A stretch of DNA of 32,000 nt from Bacillus subtilis subsp. subtilis str. 168 (GCF_000009045.1 NC_000964.3:3930001-3962000), one strand, 5' to 3'. Positions 18,448 to 28,484 are shown, numbered from the stretch's first letter. A program made the numbers and translations. The notes: generated from the letters alone by a model not told the origin.

Positions 18448-18554
18448 GCAGGTATAAAGCACTGTCTTTTCAAAAACGCTCTCCATCTTGCAGGAAACTC
18501 CTTTAGCATCCCGAAATATTCCCCAACCATACATTTAGGGGAGGTTTATTTTTG

Positions 18555-19922
18555 ATGAAAAAGCTTTTGACTGTCATGACGATGGCTGTTTTAACTGCCG
18601 GCACACTGCTCTTGCCGGCACAGAGTGTCACCCCTGCCGCGCACGCTGTACAAATATCAAATAGCGAGCGCGAGCTTCCATTCAAAGCAAAACATGCGTA
18701 CTCTACCATTTCTCAGCTAAGTGAAGCAATCGGCCCCAGAATAGCCGGAACTGCAGCTGAAAAAAAGAGTGCCCTATTGATCGCCTCATCAATGAGAAAA
18801 TTAAAGCTTGATGTGAAGGTTCAACGATTCAACATTCCTGACCGGCTTGAGGGTACACTGTCTTCAGCAGGACGCGATATTCTTCTCCAAGCGGCGTCGG
18901 GCTCAGCTCCGACTGAGGAACAAGGGCTGACGGCCCCGCTTTACAATGCGGGATTGGGCTATCAAAAGGACTTTACCGCTGACGCCAAGGGCAAAATCGC
19001 CTTGATTTCCAGAGGAGACCTGACTTATTACGAGAAAGCCAAAAATGCCGAAGCCGCCGGAGCGAAAGCTGTCATCATTTATAACAACAAAGAAAGCCTC
19101 GTGCCTATGACGCCAAACCTGTCGGGAAATAAAGTCGGCATTCCGGTCGTCGGCATTAAGAAAGAAGACGGCGAAGCACTTACCCAGCAAAAAGAAGCCA
19201 CCTTAAAACTAAAAGCATTCACAAACCAAACCTCCCAGAATATCATCGGAATCAAAAAACCAAAGAACATCAAACATCCAGACATTGTGTACGTGACCGC
19301 CCATTACGACAGTGTTCCTTTTTCGCCCGGAGCAAATGACAACGGCTCAGGTACCTCTGTTATGCTGGAGATGGCGCGTGTCTTAAAAAGCGTTCCATCT
19401 GATAAAGAAATCCGCTTTATCGCTTTCGGCGCCGAAGAGCTCGGCCTGCTCGGCTCCTCTCACTATGTAGATCATCTATCGGAAAAAGAGCTGAAACGAA
19501 GCGAAGTGAACTTCAACTTAGATATGGTAGGCACAAGCTGGGAAAAAGCGTCTGAGCTGTATGTCAACACATTGGATGGCCAATCTAACTATGTTTGGGA
19601 ATCCAGCCGTACGGCTGCTGAAAAAATTGGGTTTGACAGCCTGTCTCTGACACAGGGAGGATCATCTGATCATGTGCCATTCCACGAAGCCGGCATTGAT
19701 TCCGCTAACTTTATTTGGGGAGACCCGGAAACAGAAGAAGTTGAGCCGTGGTATCATACCCCTGAAGACTCGATCGAACATATCAGCAAAGAACGCCTCC
19801 AGCAAGCAGGCGATCTTGTGACAGCCGCTGTCTATGAGGCTGTGAAAAAAGAGAAGAAACCGAAAACCATTAAGAAACAAATGAAGGCGAAAGCATCTGA
19901 CATTTTTGAAGATATCAAATAA
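18555..19922 (+). CDS. ywaD: Secreted M28-family di-zinc aminopeptidase with an inserted PA domain
   Basis: ATG 18555 after GGGGAGG; the track start at 18552 is the adjacent TTG. Signal peptide ...VTPAAHA. M28 motifs AHYDSV, GANDNGSG and GAEELGLLGS. Confidence 0.9.
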   Translation: MKKLLTVMTMAVLTAGTLLLPAQSVTPAAHAVQISNSERELPFKAKHAYSTISQLSEAIGPRIAGTAAEKKSALLIASSMRKLKLDVKVQRFNIPDRLEGTLSSAGRDILLQAASGSAPTEEQGLTAPLYNAGLGYQKDFTADAKGKIALISRGDLTYYEKAKNAEAAGAKAVIIYNNKESLVPMTPNLSGNKVGIPVVGIKKEDGEALTQQKEATLKLKAFTNQTSQNIIGIKKPKNIKHPDIVYVTAHYDSVPFSPGANDNGSGTSVMLEMARVLKSVPSDKEIRFIAFGAEELGLLGSSHYVDHLSEKELKRSEVNFNLDMVGTSWEKASELYVNTLDGQSNYVWESSRTAAEKIGFDSLSLTQGGSSDHVPFHEAGIDSANFIWGDPETEEVEPWYHTPEDSIEHISKERLQQAGDLVTAAVYEAVKKEKKPKTIKKQMKAKASDIFEDIK

Positions 19923-19953
19923 AAAAAGACGGCACTTGGGTGCCGTCTTTTTT
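19923..19953. terminator. Bidirectional intrinsic terminator (ywaD / ywaC)
   Basis: AAAAGACGGCAC-TTGG-GTGCCGTCTTTT. It overlaps the ywaC stop codon (19952-19954). Confidence 0.88.
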
Positions 19954-20584
19954 AATCCACTTCTTTCTTAATCCCCAGCATTTTCTCATCTAGGTAATGG
20001 GCAATCTCCGCGGCTTCTTTCAGCTCATCTGTTAATTGCTTAGGAACGTCATTGTTCAATTTATAATAAATTTTATGTTCAAGGCTCGCCCAGAAATCCA
20101 TCGCGATTGTCCGGATTTGAATTTCTGCTTTGACGTATTCCACACGGTTCGTTAAATTCACAGGCATCTCAATGATTAAATGCAGGCTTCGATAGCCATT
20201 CGGTTTGGGTGTCTGGATATAATCCTTTACCTTTACGATTCTCAAATCTTCATGCTGCTTCAACACATTCACGACATTATAAATGTCAGAAATAAAGGAA
20301 CAGATGATGCGCACGCCGGCAATGTCGTGAATATGCTCCTTCATTTCCTTCGTCGTAATCTCACAGCCCTTTCTCATTAACTTATTCACGATGCTTTCAA
20401 AGCTTTTTACACGGGATTTTGTATGTTCAATCGGGTTGTGTCCGTGAATGAGGTTATATTCCTGGCTGATAATTGAGAACTTTGTATCGAGCGCATCTAG
20501 CGCAAATTTATAAACTAATAACTCATTTTTCCAATCTTCCATTACTGTTTTTAAATCGTCCATATGTGTTACAGATAAATCCAT
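19952..20584 (-). CDS. relP: Small alarmone ((p)ppGpp) synthetase
   Basis: ORF track 19952..20692. The start was moved to ATG 20582-20584 (MDLSVTHMDDLKTV...), after AAAGGAG. RelA/SpoT synthetase-domain motifs DIAGVRIIC and GYRSLHLII. Also known as ywaC or sasA. Confidence 0.9.
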   Translation of the reverse strand: MDLSVTHMDDLKTVMEDWKNELLVYKFALDALDTKFSIISQEYNLIHGHNPIEHTKSRVKSFESIVNKLMRKGCEITTKEMKEHIHDIAGVRIICSFISDIYNVVNVLKQHEDLRIVKVKDYIQTPKPNGYRSLHLIIEMPVNLTNRVEYVKAEIQIRTIAMDFWASLEHKIYYKLNNDVPKQLTDELKEAAEIAHYLDEKMLGIKKEVD

Positions 20585-20630
20585 GTTCGTCATCTCCTTT
20601 AACGGAACTTTATCCGCTGTCCATGTACTA

Positions 20631-20656
20631 GACGTCCCTGTCTGCTGCAAGGTTCT
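20631..20656 (-). promoter_or_regulatory. ECF-sigma-type promoter of ywaC/relP
   Basis: Minus strand reads GAACC (20651-20655) - 16 nt - CGTC (20631-20634), the AAC-N16/17-CGT architecture of SigM/W/X promoters. It lies about 45 nt upstream of the ATG. Confidence 0.5.
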
Positions 20657-20690
20657 ATGAATTTTTTTACAAAATGCGGTCGATTGTAAC

Positions 20691-20725
20691 AAAAAAAGAC
20701 CGCATGAAACGAGCGGTCTTTTTTA
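20691..20725 (-). terminator. Intrinsic terminator after menA
   Basis: Minus strand: AAAAGACCGC-TCGTTTCAT-GCGGTCTTTT followed by TTTGTT, immediately after the menA stop. Confidence 0.85.
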
Positions 20726-21661
20726 TTATCGGAAATAGCTGATCAATAATCCGATCGAGAGCAGGAATCCGAAAAATGTATTTGTTTGGGCTGTTGATTT
20801 CATTGCGACAATCATATTCATCGGCATTTCGTTCTGGACGAAGCCCTTCACTGCCTGAACCGGCTTAGGCACGCTCAAAAAGACGACAAACAGCCATGGG
20901 CTTGCGGCACCGGTAATAACCAAGCCGACAACCCAGATATAAGCGACGGCAAACGACGCAGCTAACAGAGTAACAGCTCCCTTATGCCCCATCAAAATCG
21001 CCAATGTTTTGCGTCCGCCTTTTTTGTCCTCTTCAATATCACGAATGTTGTTCGACAGGTTAATCGCGCCGACAAGAATCGCAATCGGGATGGAAATCAA
21101 AATGCTCTGCATATTGATCTTATCTGTCTGAATGAAAAACGAAATCAGCACAAACACCGAACCCATGCAAATGCCTGAGAATAATTCACCGAACGGCGTG
21201 TACGCAATCGGCAGCGGCCCGCCTGTATACAGGTAGCCGATCGCCATGCCGACAAGGCCGATCAGCGCAAGCCACCAGCTGCTGCTGGCACAAATATAGA
21301 CACCGAGCAAAATGGCAATCCCGTATGAGGCAAGAGCTAATTGCAAAATCGTTTTAGGCTTCATTCCGTGGCGTACAATGGCCCCTCCGATTCCGACTGA
21401 TTCTGCTGTATCTAATCCGCGTTTAAAATCATAGTATTCATTAAATAAGTTCGTCGCGATCTGGATCCATAGGCAAGAAAACAGCATAGCCAAAAACAGC
21501 AGCAGATCAACCTTCACATAAAACATCGCCAAAACGGTTCCGAGCAGCACAGGCACAAACGATGCGGTTAACGTATGAGGACGGGTTAACTGCCAAAGGA
21601 TCTGCCCCATGCTTTCTTTTTGCGGCGCTGTCTGACCCTCACCCTTATTTGTTTGGTTCAT
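20726..21661 (-). CDS. menA: 1,4-dihydroxy-2-naphthoate polyprenyltransferase (menaquinone biosynthesis)
   Basis: 311 aa UbiA-family polytopic protein. Asp-rich motifs NLFNEYYDFKRGLD and NNIRDIEEDKKGG. SD AAAGGAAGAGGAAG. Confidence 0.93.
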   Translation of the reverse strand: MNQTNKGEGQTAPQKESMGQILWQLTRPHTLTASFVPVLLGTVLAMFYVKVDLLLFLAMLFSCLWIQIATNLFNEYYDFKRGLDTAESVGIGGAIVRHGMKPKTILQLALASYGIAILLGVYICASSSWWLALIGLVGMAIGYLYTGGPLPIAYTPFGELFSGICMGSVFVLISFFIQTDKINMQSILISIPIAILVGAINLSNNIRDIEEDKKGGRKTLAILMGHKGAVTLLAASFAVAYIWVVGLVITGAASPWLFVVFLSVPKPVQAVKGFVQNEMPMNMIVAMKSTAQTNTFFGFLLSIGLLISYFR

Positions 21662-21907
21662 CTTCCTCTTCCTTTCTATTAAAAGGCTTACTTTTTTTCA
21701 GCCGGCAGCTTAATAAAAAACTCCTTTTGCTTCCTTATCTATCATAATGACTTCTCCCTTATTTCACAAGATACCGCAAGAAGGCGTTTTCTTTCTTATT
21801 ATACGCTTCTCGCCCTGATTTCATTAGGTTTCTGCTTTCACTTGAACGAACAGGTACAGAAAAATTTTTTTAAGTACATTACACTTTTTAAAAGTTAAAA
21901 AGATCTT

Positions 21908-21936
21908 TTGACTCCAGGTATCTTTTCCTTTATTAT
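21908..21936 (+). promoter_or_regulatory. SigA-type promoter upstream of the dlt operon
   Basis: TTGACT (21908-21913) - 17 nt - TATTAT (21931-21936). Confidence 0.5.
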
Positions 21937-21981
21937 GAATCAGCTCGAAACATTCCATTCTTGCCCTTGCAGGTATAAAGA

Positions 21982-22008
21982 TTCATTTTCAAAAACATAC
22001 GCCGATAT
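21982..22008 (+). promoter_or_regulatory. SigD-type promoter upstream of the dlt operon
   Basis: Perfect SigD -10 GCCGATAT at 22001-22008. Only a weak -35 (TTCA versus TAAA) lies 15 nt upstream. Confidence 0.5.
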
Positions 22009-22027
22009 ATTAATTTGAGGGAGATTA

Positions 22028-22053
22028 GGGAAAAAATGAAACTTTTTGAGCAT
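22028..22053 (+). promoter_or_regulatory. ECF-sigma-type promoter (SigX/M/V class) upstream of dltX
   Basis: TGAAAC (22028-22033) - 16 nt - CGTC (22050-22053), about 55 nt upstream of the dltX ATG. Confidence 0.6.
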
Positions 22054-22107
22054 CTGATCGTCAAATAATCATGTGATTGTCGAAAAAACGGGAAGGGAAT
22101 TTTTGAT

Positions 22108-22257
22108 ATGCTGCAATTAATGAAACAGCTGTATGAAAAACCCGCTGTCAAGTGGACATGTCATACAGGCTTTTATTTGATGATACTGCTTGTTTTGTTT
22201 TTTATGTATGGTTTTCACACCGCGAATACCGGTTCATATATTTATAACGATTTCTAA
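22108..22257 (+). CDS. dltX: Small membrane protein DltX (first gene of the D-alanylation operon)
   Basis: Not in the ORF track (49 codons). Sequence: [49 protein letters not shown]. It has one TM segment and ends in the YxYNxF-type motif typical of DltX. The stop is 17 nt before the dltA ATG, and all three candidate promoters lie upstream of it. Confidence 0.8.
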
Positions 22258-22274
22258 TTGGAGAGAGAATAACT

Positions 22275-23786
22275 ATGAAACTTTTACATGCTATTCAAAC
22301 ACATGCGGAAACTTATCCGCAAACCGATGCCTTCCGCTCTCAAGGCCAGTCGCTCACGTATCAGGAATTATGGGAGCAGTCTGACCGCGCGGCTGCCGCG
22401 ATCCAAAAACGCATTTCTGGGGAAAAGAAATCTCCTATCCTTGTGTACGGCCACATGGAGCCGCACATGATCGTTTCCTTCTTGGGAAGTGTCAAAGCGG
22501 GACATCCTTATATTCCGGTTGACCTGTCTATTCCGTCCGAACGGATTGCGAAAATTATCGAAAGCTCTGGAGCAGAATTGCTGATCCATGCAGCAGGACT
22601 CTCAATTGATGCAGTCGGCCAGCAGATTCAGACAGTTTCTGCGGAAGAACTGCTGGAAAACGAAGGCGGCTCTGTCAGCCAAGATCAATGGGTCAAAGAA
22701 CACGAAACGTTTTATATCATTTACACTTCCGGGAGCACAGGAAATCCGAAAGGCGTGCAGATTTCCGCTGCGAACCTTCAAAGCTTCACAGACTGGATTT
22801 GTGCAGACTTTCCAGTCAGCGGAGGAAAAATATTTTTAAACCAAGCGCCGTTCTCATTTGATTTGTCTGTCATGGACCTATATCCGTGCCTTCAATCAGG
22901 CGGGACTTTACATTGCGTGACAAAGGATGCTGTGAATAAGCCGAAAGTCTTATTTGAAGAGCTGAAGAAGTCCGGGCTGAATGTGTGGACATCAACACCT
23001 TCCTTTGTGCAAATGTGCCTGATGGATCCGGGTTTTTCACAGGATCTGCTGCCTCATGCGGACACATTTATGTTTTGCGGAGAGGTTCTTCCGGTTTCTG
23101 TGGCCAAAGCGCTGCTTGAGCGTTTTCCGAAAGCGAAGATTTTTAATACGTACGGCCCGACTGAAGCGACAGTGGCTGTCACATCGGTTGAAATTACGAA
23201 TGACGTCATCAGCCGCAGCGAATCGCTTCCAGTGGGCTTCGCCAAACCAGATATGAACATTTTCATTATGGATGAAGAGGGACAGCCGCTTCCTGAGGGA
23301 GAAAAAGGAGAAATCGTCATTGCAGGGCCGAGTGTAAGCCGAGGCTACCTTGGTGAGCCAGAGCTGACGGAAAAAGCGTTTTTCTCTCATGAAGGCCAGT
23401 GGGCATACCGAACTGGCGATGCCGGCTTTATTCAAGACGGTCAGATTTTCTGCCAAGGACGTTTGGATTTTCAGATTAAACTTCACGGCTATCGAATGGA
23501 GCTGGAGGAAATCGAGTTCCATGTCAGACAGTCACAGTACGTTCGTTCTGCTGTCGTGATTCCTTATCAGCCAAACGGAACAGTTGAGTATCTGATCGCT
23601 GCTATTGTGCCTGAGGAGCATGAGTTCGAGAAGGAATTCCAGCTGACAAGCGCTATTAAAAAAGAGCTTGCCGCTTCTCTTCCGGCATATATGATCCCGA
23701 GAAAATTTATCTATCAGGATCACATTCAAATGACGGCTAACGGCAAAATTGACCGAAAACGCATTGGCGAAGAGGTTCTTGTATGA
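22275..23786 (+). CDS. dltA: D-alanine--D-alanyl carrier protein ligase
   Basis: 503 aa adenylate-forming enzyme with AMP-binding motif [14 protein letters not shown] and ...YRTGD.... The stop overlaps the dltB ATG (ATGA at 23783-23786). Confidence 0.96.
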
Positions 23787-24970
23787 CGCCTTACAGCTCG
23801 TTTTTATTCTTTATACTGCTTGGCATTCTTCTTCTGCCGACGATCATTCTCGGCTTAAACGGAAAAAGATTTCAAGCATACAACATGTTCATATCTATCA
23901 TTATATTGGCTTTAATTTTTTCGCACGACTTACACGGGGTCATCGCGCTGTGCCTGTTTACAATATGGCAGGTGCTCCTGATCAGCGGCTATCTGGCATA
24001 CCGGCAGAAAGCGAACAGCGGCTTTGTCTTTTGCGGAGCTGTTATCGCGTCTATTCTGCCTTTATTTCTGTCAAAAATATGGCCGTTTCTTTCACACCCG
24101 CAGCCGCATCATCCGCCGCATAACCTGATCAGCTTTTTAGGGATTTCATATTTAACCTTTAAAGGCGTTCAGCTGATTATGGAAGCAAGAGACGGACTGC
24201 TGAAAGAACAGCTGCCATTGCACCGTCTGCTGTATTTCATCCTGTTTTTCCCGACGATTTCCTCCGGCCCGATCGACAGATACCGCCGGTTCGTCAAGGA
24301 TGAACAGAAGGCTTGGACGAAAGAAGAATACGCCGACCTGCTGTATACGGGAATCCATAAAATCTTCATCGGTTTCCTGTATAAATTTATTATCGGCTAC
24401 GCGATCAATACGTACTTCATCATGAATCTTCCCGCAATCACGCACAATAAGATTCTTGGGAACCTGCTGTACATGTACGGCTACAGCATGTATTTATTCT
24501 TTGATTTCGCCGGCTACACGATGTTTGCCGTCGGGGTCAGCTACATTATGGGCATTAAATCACCAGAAAACTTTAATAAACCGTTTATCAGTAAAAATAT
24601 TAAAGATTTCTGGAATCGCTGGCATATGTCTCTGTCATTTTGGTTCAGAGATTATGTGTTTATGAGATTCGTATTTTGGATGACTAAGAAAAAGTGGATC
24701 AAAAACCGTATGGCCGTCTCAAACATCGGGTATTTCCTGCTGTTTATGCTGATGGGGGTTTGGCACGGGCTCGCGCCGCAATATATCATTTACGGCCTCT
24801 ATCACGCCGTTCTGATGACGTGTTACAACTTTTTCGAGAAGTGGAATAAGAAATATAAATGGCTGCCGTCCAACCGCTGGACAACCATTCTCGCTATTGT
24901 GATCACATTCCATTTCGTTTGCTTCGGGTTTTATATTTTCTCAGGAAAACCATTTCATCACCACCATTAA
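23783..24970 (+). CDS. dltB: MBOAT-family D-alanyl transfer protein
   Basis: 395 aa polytopic protein with the conserved MBOAT His in LMGVWHGL. Confidence 0.95.
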
Positions 24971-24986
24971 AGGAGATTAGAAAGCT

Positions 24987-25223
24987 ATGGATTTTAAACA
25001 AGAGGTATTAGACGTTTTAGCAGAGGTTTGCCAGGATGACATCGTAAAGGAAAATCCTGATATTGAAATTTTTGAAGAAGGTTTGCTTGATTCTTTTGGA
25101 ACAGTAGAATTGCTGCTTGCGATTGAAAACCGTTTTGATATTTTAGTGCCGATCACTGAATTTGACCGGGACGTTTGGAATACACCTAACAACATTGTAA
25201 ATCAGCTGTCTGAGTTGAAATAA
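24987..25223 (+). CDS. dltC: D-alanyl carrier protein
   Basis: 78 aa acidic acyl-carrier fold with the phosphopantetheine-attachment Ser in [20 protein letters not shown]. Confidence 0.95.
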   Translation: MDFKQEVLDVLAEVCQDDIVKENPDIEIFEEGLLDSFGTVELLLAIENRFDILVPITEFDRDVWNTPNNIVNQLSELK

Positions 25224-26401
25224 TGAAAAAGCGTTTTTTCGGTCCAATTATTTTGGCGTTTATTCTATTCGCAGGCGCCATCGCAATTCCATCTTCATGG
25301 CTGACAGGCTTCATCACCGATAAGCGTGTGAAAGAGTCAGCAACAGCCTTGAATCCGAGTATGTTTCAAGGGCTATATTTACAAGATCAGATGCTCAAAG
25401 ATCCGACATATCTTCCGATTTACGGGTCTTCTGAGCTTTCTCGGCTGGACGAGTTCCACCCATCTAATTATTTTCAGGTAAACAATGAGGGATTCACGCC
25501 ATACCTTGTCGGCAAAGGCGGATCCCAGTCATTGATTCATTCTTTAAACTTCGCTGCCCACATGGATCAGCTGAAGGGCAAAAAAATCGTATTCATCGTG
25601 TCTCCGCAATGGTTTATTAAGCGCGGGTCTGATGAACAGCATTTCGCGCCGAACTATTCTGCGCTGCAAGGGCTTGATTTGGCATTTAACGATCAGATCG
25701 ATCCTGAAATTAAAAAGAAAATGATGAAACGCATGCTTCGCTTTAAGGCTGTGCAAAACGATGCCATTCTTTCTGAGCTGTACAAAGCAATGGTAAACGG
25801 TCAGACGTGGAAAGTGAACGCGCTGAAGCCGGCGGCGAAAGTGTATTACAGCATGCTGGAAAAGAAAGATCTGTATTATTCAACGACAGAATCATCCGGG
25901 CCAAAGCGCTATATCTCGCAGTCAGTAAAGGATAAGTCATGGTCTGAATTGAATAAACTAGCGGATCAATCGGGCAAACGCCACTCCGGTTCTAACGATT
26001 TTCACATCGACAACCCTGTCTATAAAAAGCTGAAGCCGAAAGTGCCTAAGCTGAAAGGGAAAAACAAAGGAAGATCGTATGCGGTGTCACCGGAATATGG
26101 CGACTTTGAAATGATGCTCGATATCCTGAAGGATGCGGGCGCAGAGCCTATGTTTGTCACCATTCCTGTTAACGGGAAATGGTACGATTACACGGGCTTC
26201 CCGAAAAAAGGACGCACTGACTATTACAAAAAGGTAAATAAACAAATCAGAGCGAAGGGCTTCCAGGTTGCTGATTTCTCAGGGCATGAATATGACCCGT
26301 ATTTCATGAAAGACACCATTCACATCGGCTGGAAAGGCTGGGTGTATGTCGATAAAGCAATTGACGAATTTTATAAAACCGGAAAAGTCACTTCATCCTG
26401 A
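25223..26401 (+). CDS. dltD: D-alanyl-lipoteichoic acid biosynthesis protein DltD (N-terminal anchor, SGNH-like domain)
   Basis: 392 aa. The ATG overlaps the dltC stop by 1 nt (TAATG). N-terminal TM anchor, then ...LPIYGSSELSRL.... Confidence 0.94.
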   Translation: MKKRFFGPIILAFILFAGAIAIPSSWLTGFITDKRVKESATALNPSMFQGLYLQDQMLKDPTYLPIYGSSELSRLDEFHPSNYFQVNNEGFTPYLVGKGGSQSLIHSLNFAAHMDQLKGKKIVFIVSPQWFIKRGSDEQHFAPNYSALQGLDLAFNDQIDPEIKKKMMKRMLRFKAVQNDAILSELYKAMVNGQTWKVNALKPAAKVYYSMLEKKDLYYSTTESSGPKRYISQSVKDKSWSELNKLADQSGKRHSGSNDFHIDNPVYKKLKPKVPKLKGKNKGRSYAVSPEYGDFEMMLDILKDAGAEPMFVTIPVNGKWYDYTGFPKKGRTDYYKKVNKQIRAKGFQVADFSGHEYDPYFMKDTIHIGWKGWVYVDKAIDEFYKTGKVTSS

Positions 26402-26491
26402 GCATCTCATAGGACGCGGCTGCATATTTCCTGCTAAGATTTGTAATAGTAAAGGAATCACAGCCAACTTAATTAAGAGGTGTTACATCCA

Positions 26492-27250
26492 ATGAAGATG
26501 ACAAATAATACGGTTTTAATCACAGGGGGTTCTGCTGGCATCGGGCTTGAACTGGCCAAGCGCCTGCTGGAACTTGGCAATGAAGTTATCATTTGCGGAC
26601 GCAGCGAAGCACGTCTTGCAGAAGCGAAGCAGCAGCTCCCAAACATCCATACAAAGCAATGTGATGTTGCAGACCGTTCGCAGCGGGAAGCATTGTATGA
26701 ATGGGCTTTAAAGGAATATCCGAACTTGAATGTTCTCGTCAACAACGCCGGCATTCAAAAGGAAATTGACTTTAAAAAAGGGACAGAGGAGCTTTTTGTG
26801 GACGGTGATGAAATTGAACTTAATTTCCAAGCGCCTGTCCATTTATCCGCCCTTTTCACACCTCATTTGATGAAGCAGCCCGAGGCGGCAATCGTTCAGG
26901 TCACATCCGGGCTTGCGTTTAACCCGTTAGCTGTTTATCCGGTGTACTGCGCAACAAAAGCGGCACTTCACTCGTTCTCGCTTACGCTCAGACACCAGCT
27001 CCGCGACACGAGCGTGGAAGTGATTGAAATGGCACCGCCTATGGTGGACACGGGCTTAAACCAAAAATCACGCGATAAACAAGGCCTGACGTACCGGGGC
27101 ATTTCATCTGAAGAATATGTTCAATATTTCTTGGACGGCTTGAAGGAAGGCAAACAGGAGATTACAAATGAACGTGTTGAAGGTCTTCGGGATGCCACTC
27201 GCGCCGATTATGACAGGTTATTCGAGCAAATGAACACGCAGGAGAATTAA
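26492..27250 (+). CDS. dltE: Short-chain dehydrogenase/reductase encoded at the end of the dlt operon
   Basis: ORF track 26480..27250. The start was moved to ATG 26492 (MKMTNNTVLITGGSAGIG, Rossmann TGxxxGIG). Catalytic YxxxK in YCATKAAL. Confidence 0.9.
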   Translation: MKMTNNTVLITGGSAGIGLELAKRLLELGNEVIICGRSEARLAEAKQQLPNIHTKQCDVADRSQREALYEWALKEYPNLNVLVNNAGIQKEIDFKKGTEELFVDGDEIELNFQAPVHLSALFTPHLMKQPEAAIVQVTSGLAFNPLAVYPVYCATKAALHSFSLTLRHQLRDTSVEVIEMAPPMVDTGLNQKSRDKQGLTYRGISSEEYVQYFLDGLKEGKQEITNERVEGLRDATRADYDRLFEQMNTQEN

Positions 27251-27266
27251 TTTCTCCTGCTTTTTT
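27238..27266 (+). terminator. Intrinsic terminator of the dlt operon
   Basis: GCAGGAGAA-TTAAT-TTCTCCTGC followed by TTTTTT. The dltE stop codon sits in the loop. Confidence 0.85.
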
Positions 27267-27299
27267 CATATGAATTTCTTACAAATTTGAGCAAACCTA

Positions 27300-27327
27300 T
27301 TGCGATTATTTGTTGAAGGTATACAAT
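27300..27327 (+). promoter_or_regulatory. Candidate SigA promoter of ywaA/ilvK
   Basis: TTGCGA (27300-27305) - 16 nt - TACAAT (27322-27327). Confidence 0.45.
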
Positions 27328-27390
27328 AGAATATAATTATTTTCAAATAAGTTTGATAATATAAACAATTTAACAGCAGGGAGATTGACC

Positions 27391-28482
27391 ATGACTAAAC
27401 AAACAATTCGCGTTGAATTGACATCAACAAAAAAACCGAAACCAGACCCAAATCAGCTTTCGTTCGGAAGAGTGTTTACAGACCACATGTTTGTAATGGA
27501 CTATGCCGCAGATAAAGGTTGGTACGATCCAAGAATCATTCCTTATCAACCCTTATCAATGGATCCGGCTGCAATGGTCTATCACTACGGCCAAACCGTG
27601 TTTGAAGGGTTAAAGGCTTACGTGTCAGAGGATGACCATGTTCTGCTTTTCAGACCGGAAAAAAATATGGAACGCCTGAATCAATCAAACGACCGCCTCT
27701 GCATCCCGCAAATTGATGAAGAACAGGTTCTTGAAGGCTTAAAGCAGCTTGTCGCAATTGATAAAGACTGGATTCCAAATGCGGAGGGCACGTCCCTTTA
27801 CATCCGTCCGTTCATCATCGCAACCGAGCCTTTCCTTGGTGTTGCGGCATCTCATACGTATAAGCTCTTGATCATTCTTTCTCCGGTCGGCTCTTATTAC
27901 AAAGAAGGCATTAAGCCGGTCAAAATCGCTGTTGAAAGTGAATTTGTCCGTGCGGTAAAAGGCGGAACAGGAAATGCCAAAACCGCAGGAAACTATGCTT
28001 CAAGCTTAAAAGCGCAGCAGGTAGCCGAAGAGAAAGGATTTTCTCAAGTACTCTGGCTGGACGGCATTGAGAAGAAATACATCGAAGAAGTCGGAAGCAT
28101 GAACATCTTCTTCAAAATCAACGGTGAAATCGTAACACCGATGCTGAACGGGAGCATCCTGGAAGGCATTACGCGCAATTCAGTCATCGCCTTGCTTAAG
28201 CATTGGGGCCTTCAAGTTTCAGAACGAAAAATTGCGATCGATGAGGTCATCCAAGCCCATAAAGACGGCATCCTGGAAGAAGCCTTCGGAACAGGTACAG
28301 CAGCTGTTATTTCCCCAGTCGGCGAGCTGATCTGGCAGGATGAAACACTTTCGATCAACAACGGTGAAACAGGAGAAATCGCAAAAAAACTATATGACAC
28401 GATTACAGGCATTCAAAAAGGCGCTGTCGCAGACGAATTCGGATGGACGACCGAAGTCGCAGCGCTGACTGAAAGCAAGTAA
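27391..28482 (+). CDS. ilvK: Branched-chain amino acid aminotransferase (class IV PLP enzyme)
   Basis: ORF track 27385..28482. ATG 27391 lies 7 nt after GGGAG. Fold-type IV motifs ...[12 protein letters not shown]..., ...[12 protein letters not shown]... and ...[10 protein letters not shown].... Also known as ywaA. Confidence 0.92.
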   Translation: MTKQTIRVELTSTKKPKPDPNQLSFGRVFTDHMFVMDYAADKGWYDPRIIPYQPLSMDPAAMVYHYGQTVFEGLKAYVSEDDHVLLFRPEKNMERLNQSNDRLCIPQIDEEQVLEGLKQLVAIDKDWIPNAEGTSLYIRPFIIATEPFLGVAASHTYKLLIILSPVGSYYKEGIKPVKIAVESEFVRAVKGGTGNAKTAGNYASSLKAQQVAEEKGFSQVLWLDGIEKKYIEEVGSMNIFFKINGEIVTPMLNGSILEGITRNSVIALLKHWGLQVSERKIAIDEVIQAHKDGILEEAFGTGTAAVISPVGELIWQDETLSINNGETGEIAKKLYDTITGIQKGAVADEFGWTTEVAALTESK

Positions 28483-28484
28483 GA

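Noticed and set aside
21710-21760. 11-codon minus-strand mini-ORF (MIDKEAKGVFY) with a good SD (AAGGGAGA, 8-nt spacing), about 48 nt upstream of menA.
   Set aside because: It is too short to assess without comparative data, and I cannot show that it is transcribed or conserved. It is noted as a possible leader peptide but not reported as a gene. Conservation of the frame in other Bacillus menA leaders, or ribosome profiling, would revive it.
22036-22068. 10-codon mini-ORF (MKLFEHLIVK) with an upstream GAGGGAG, located before dltX.
   Set aside because: Its ATGAAAC start is exactly the -35 TGAAAC of the ECF-type promoter (TGAAAC-16-CGTC). The promoter reading explains the sequence better, and transcripts from that promoter would not even contain the ATG.
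23037-23522. 161-aa minus-strand ORF inside dltA, plus other antisense ORFs within the dlt genes.
   Set aside because: It is fully embedded antisense in a well-supported adenylation-domain gene, with no SD and no recognisable fold.
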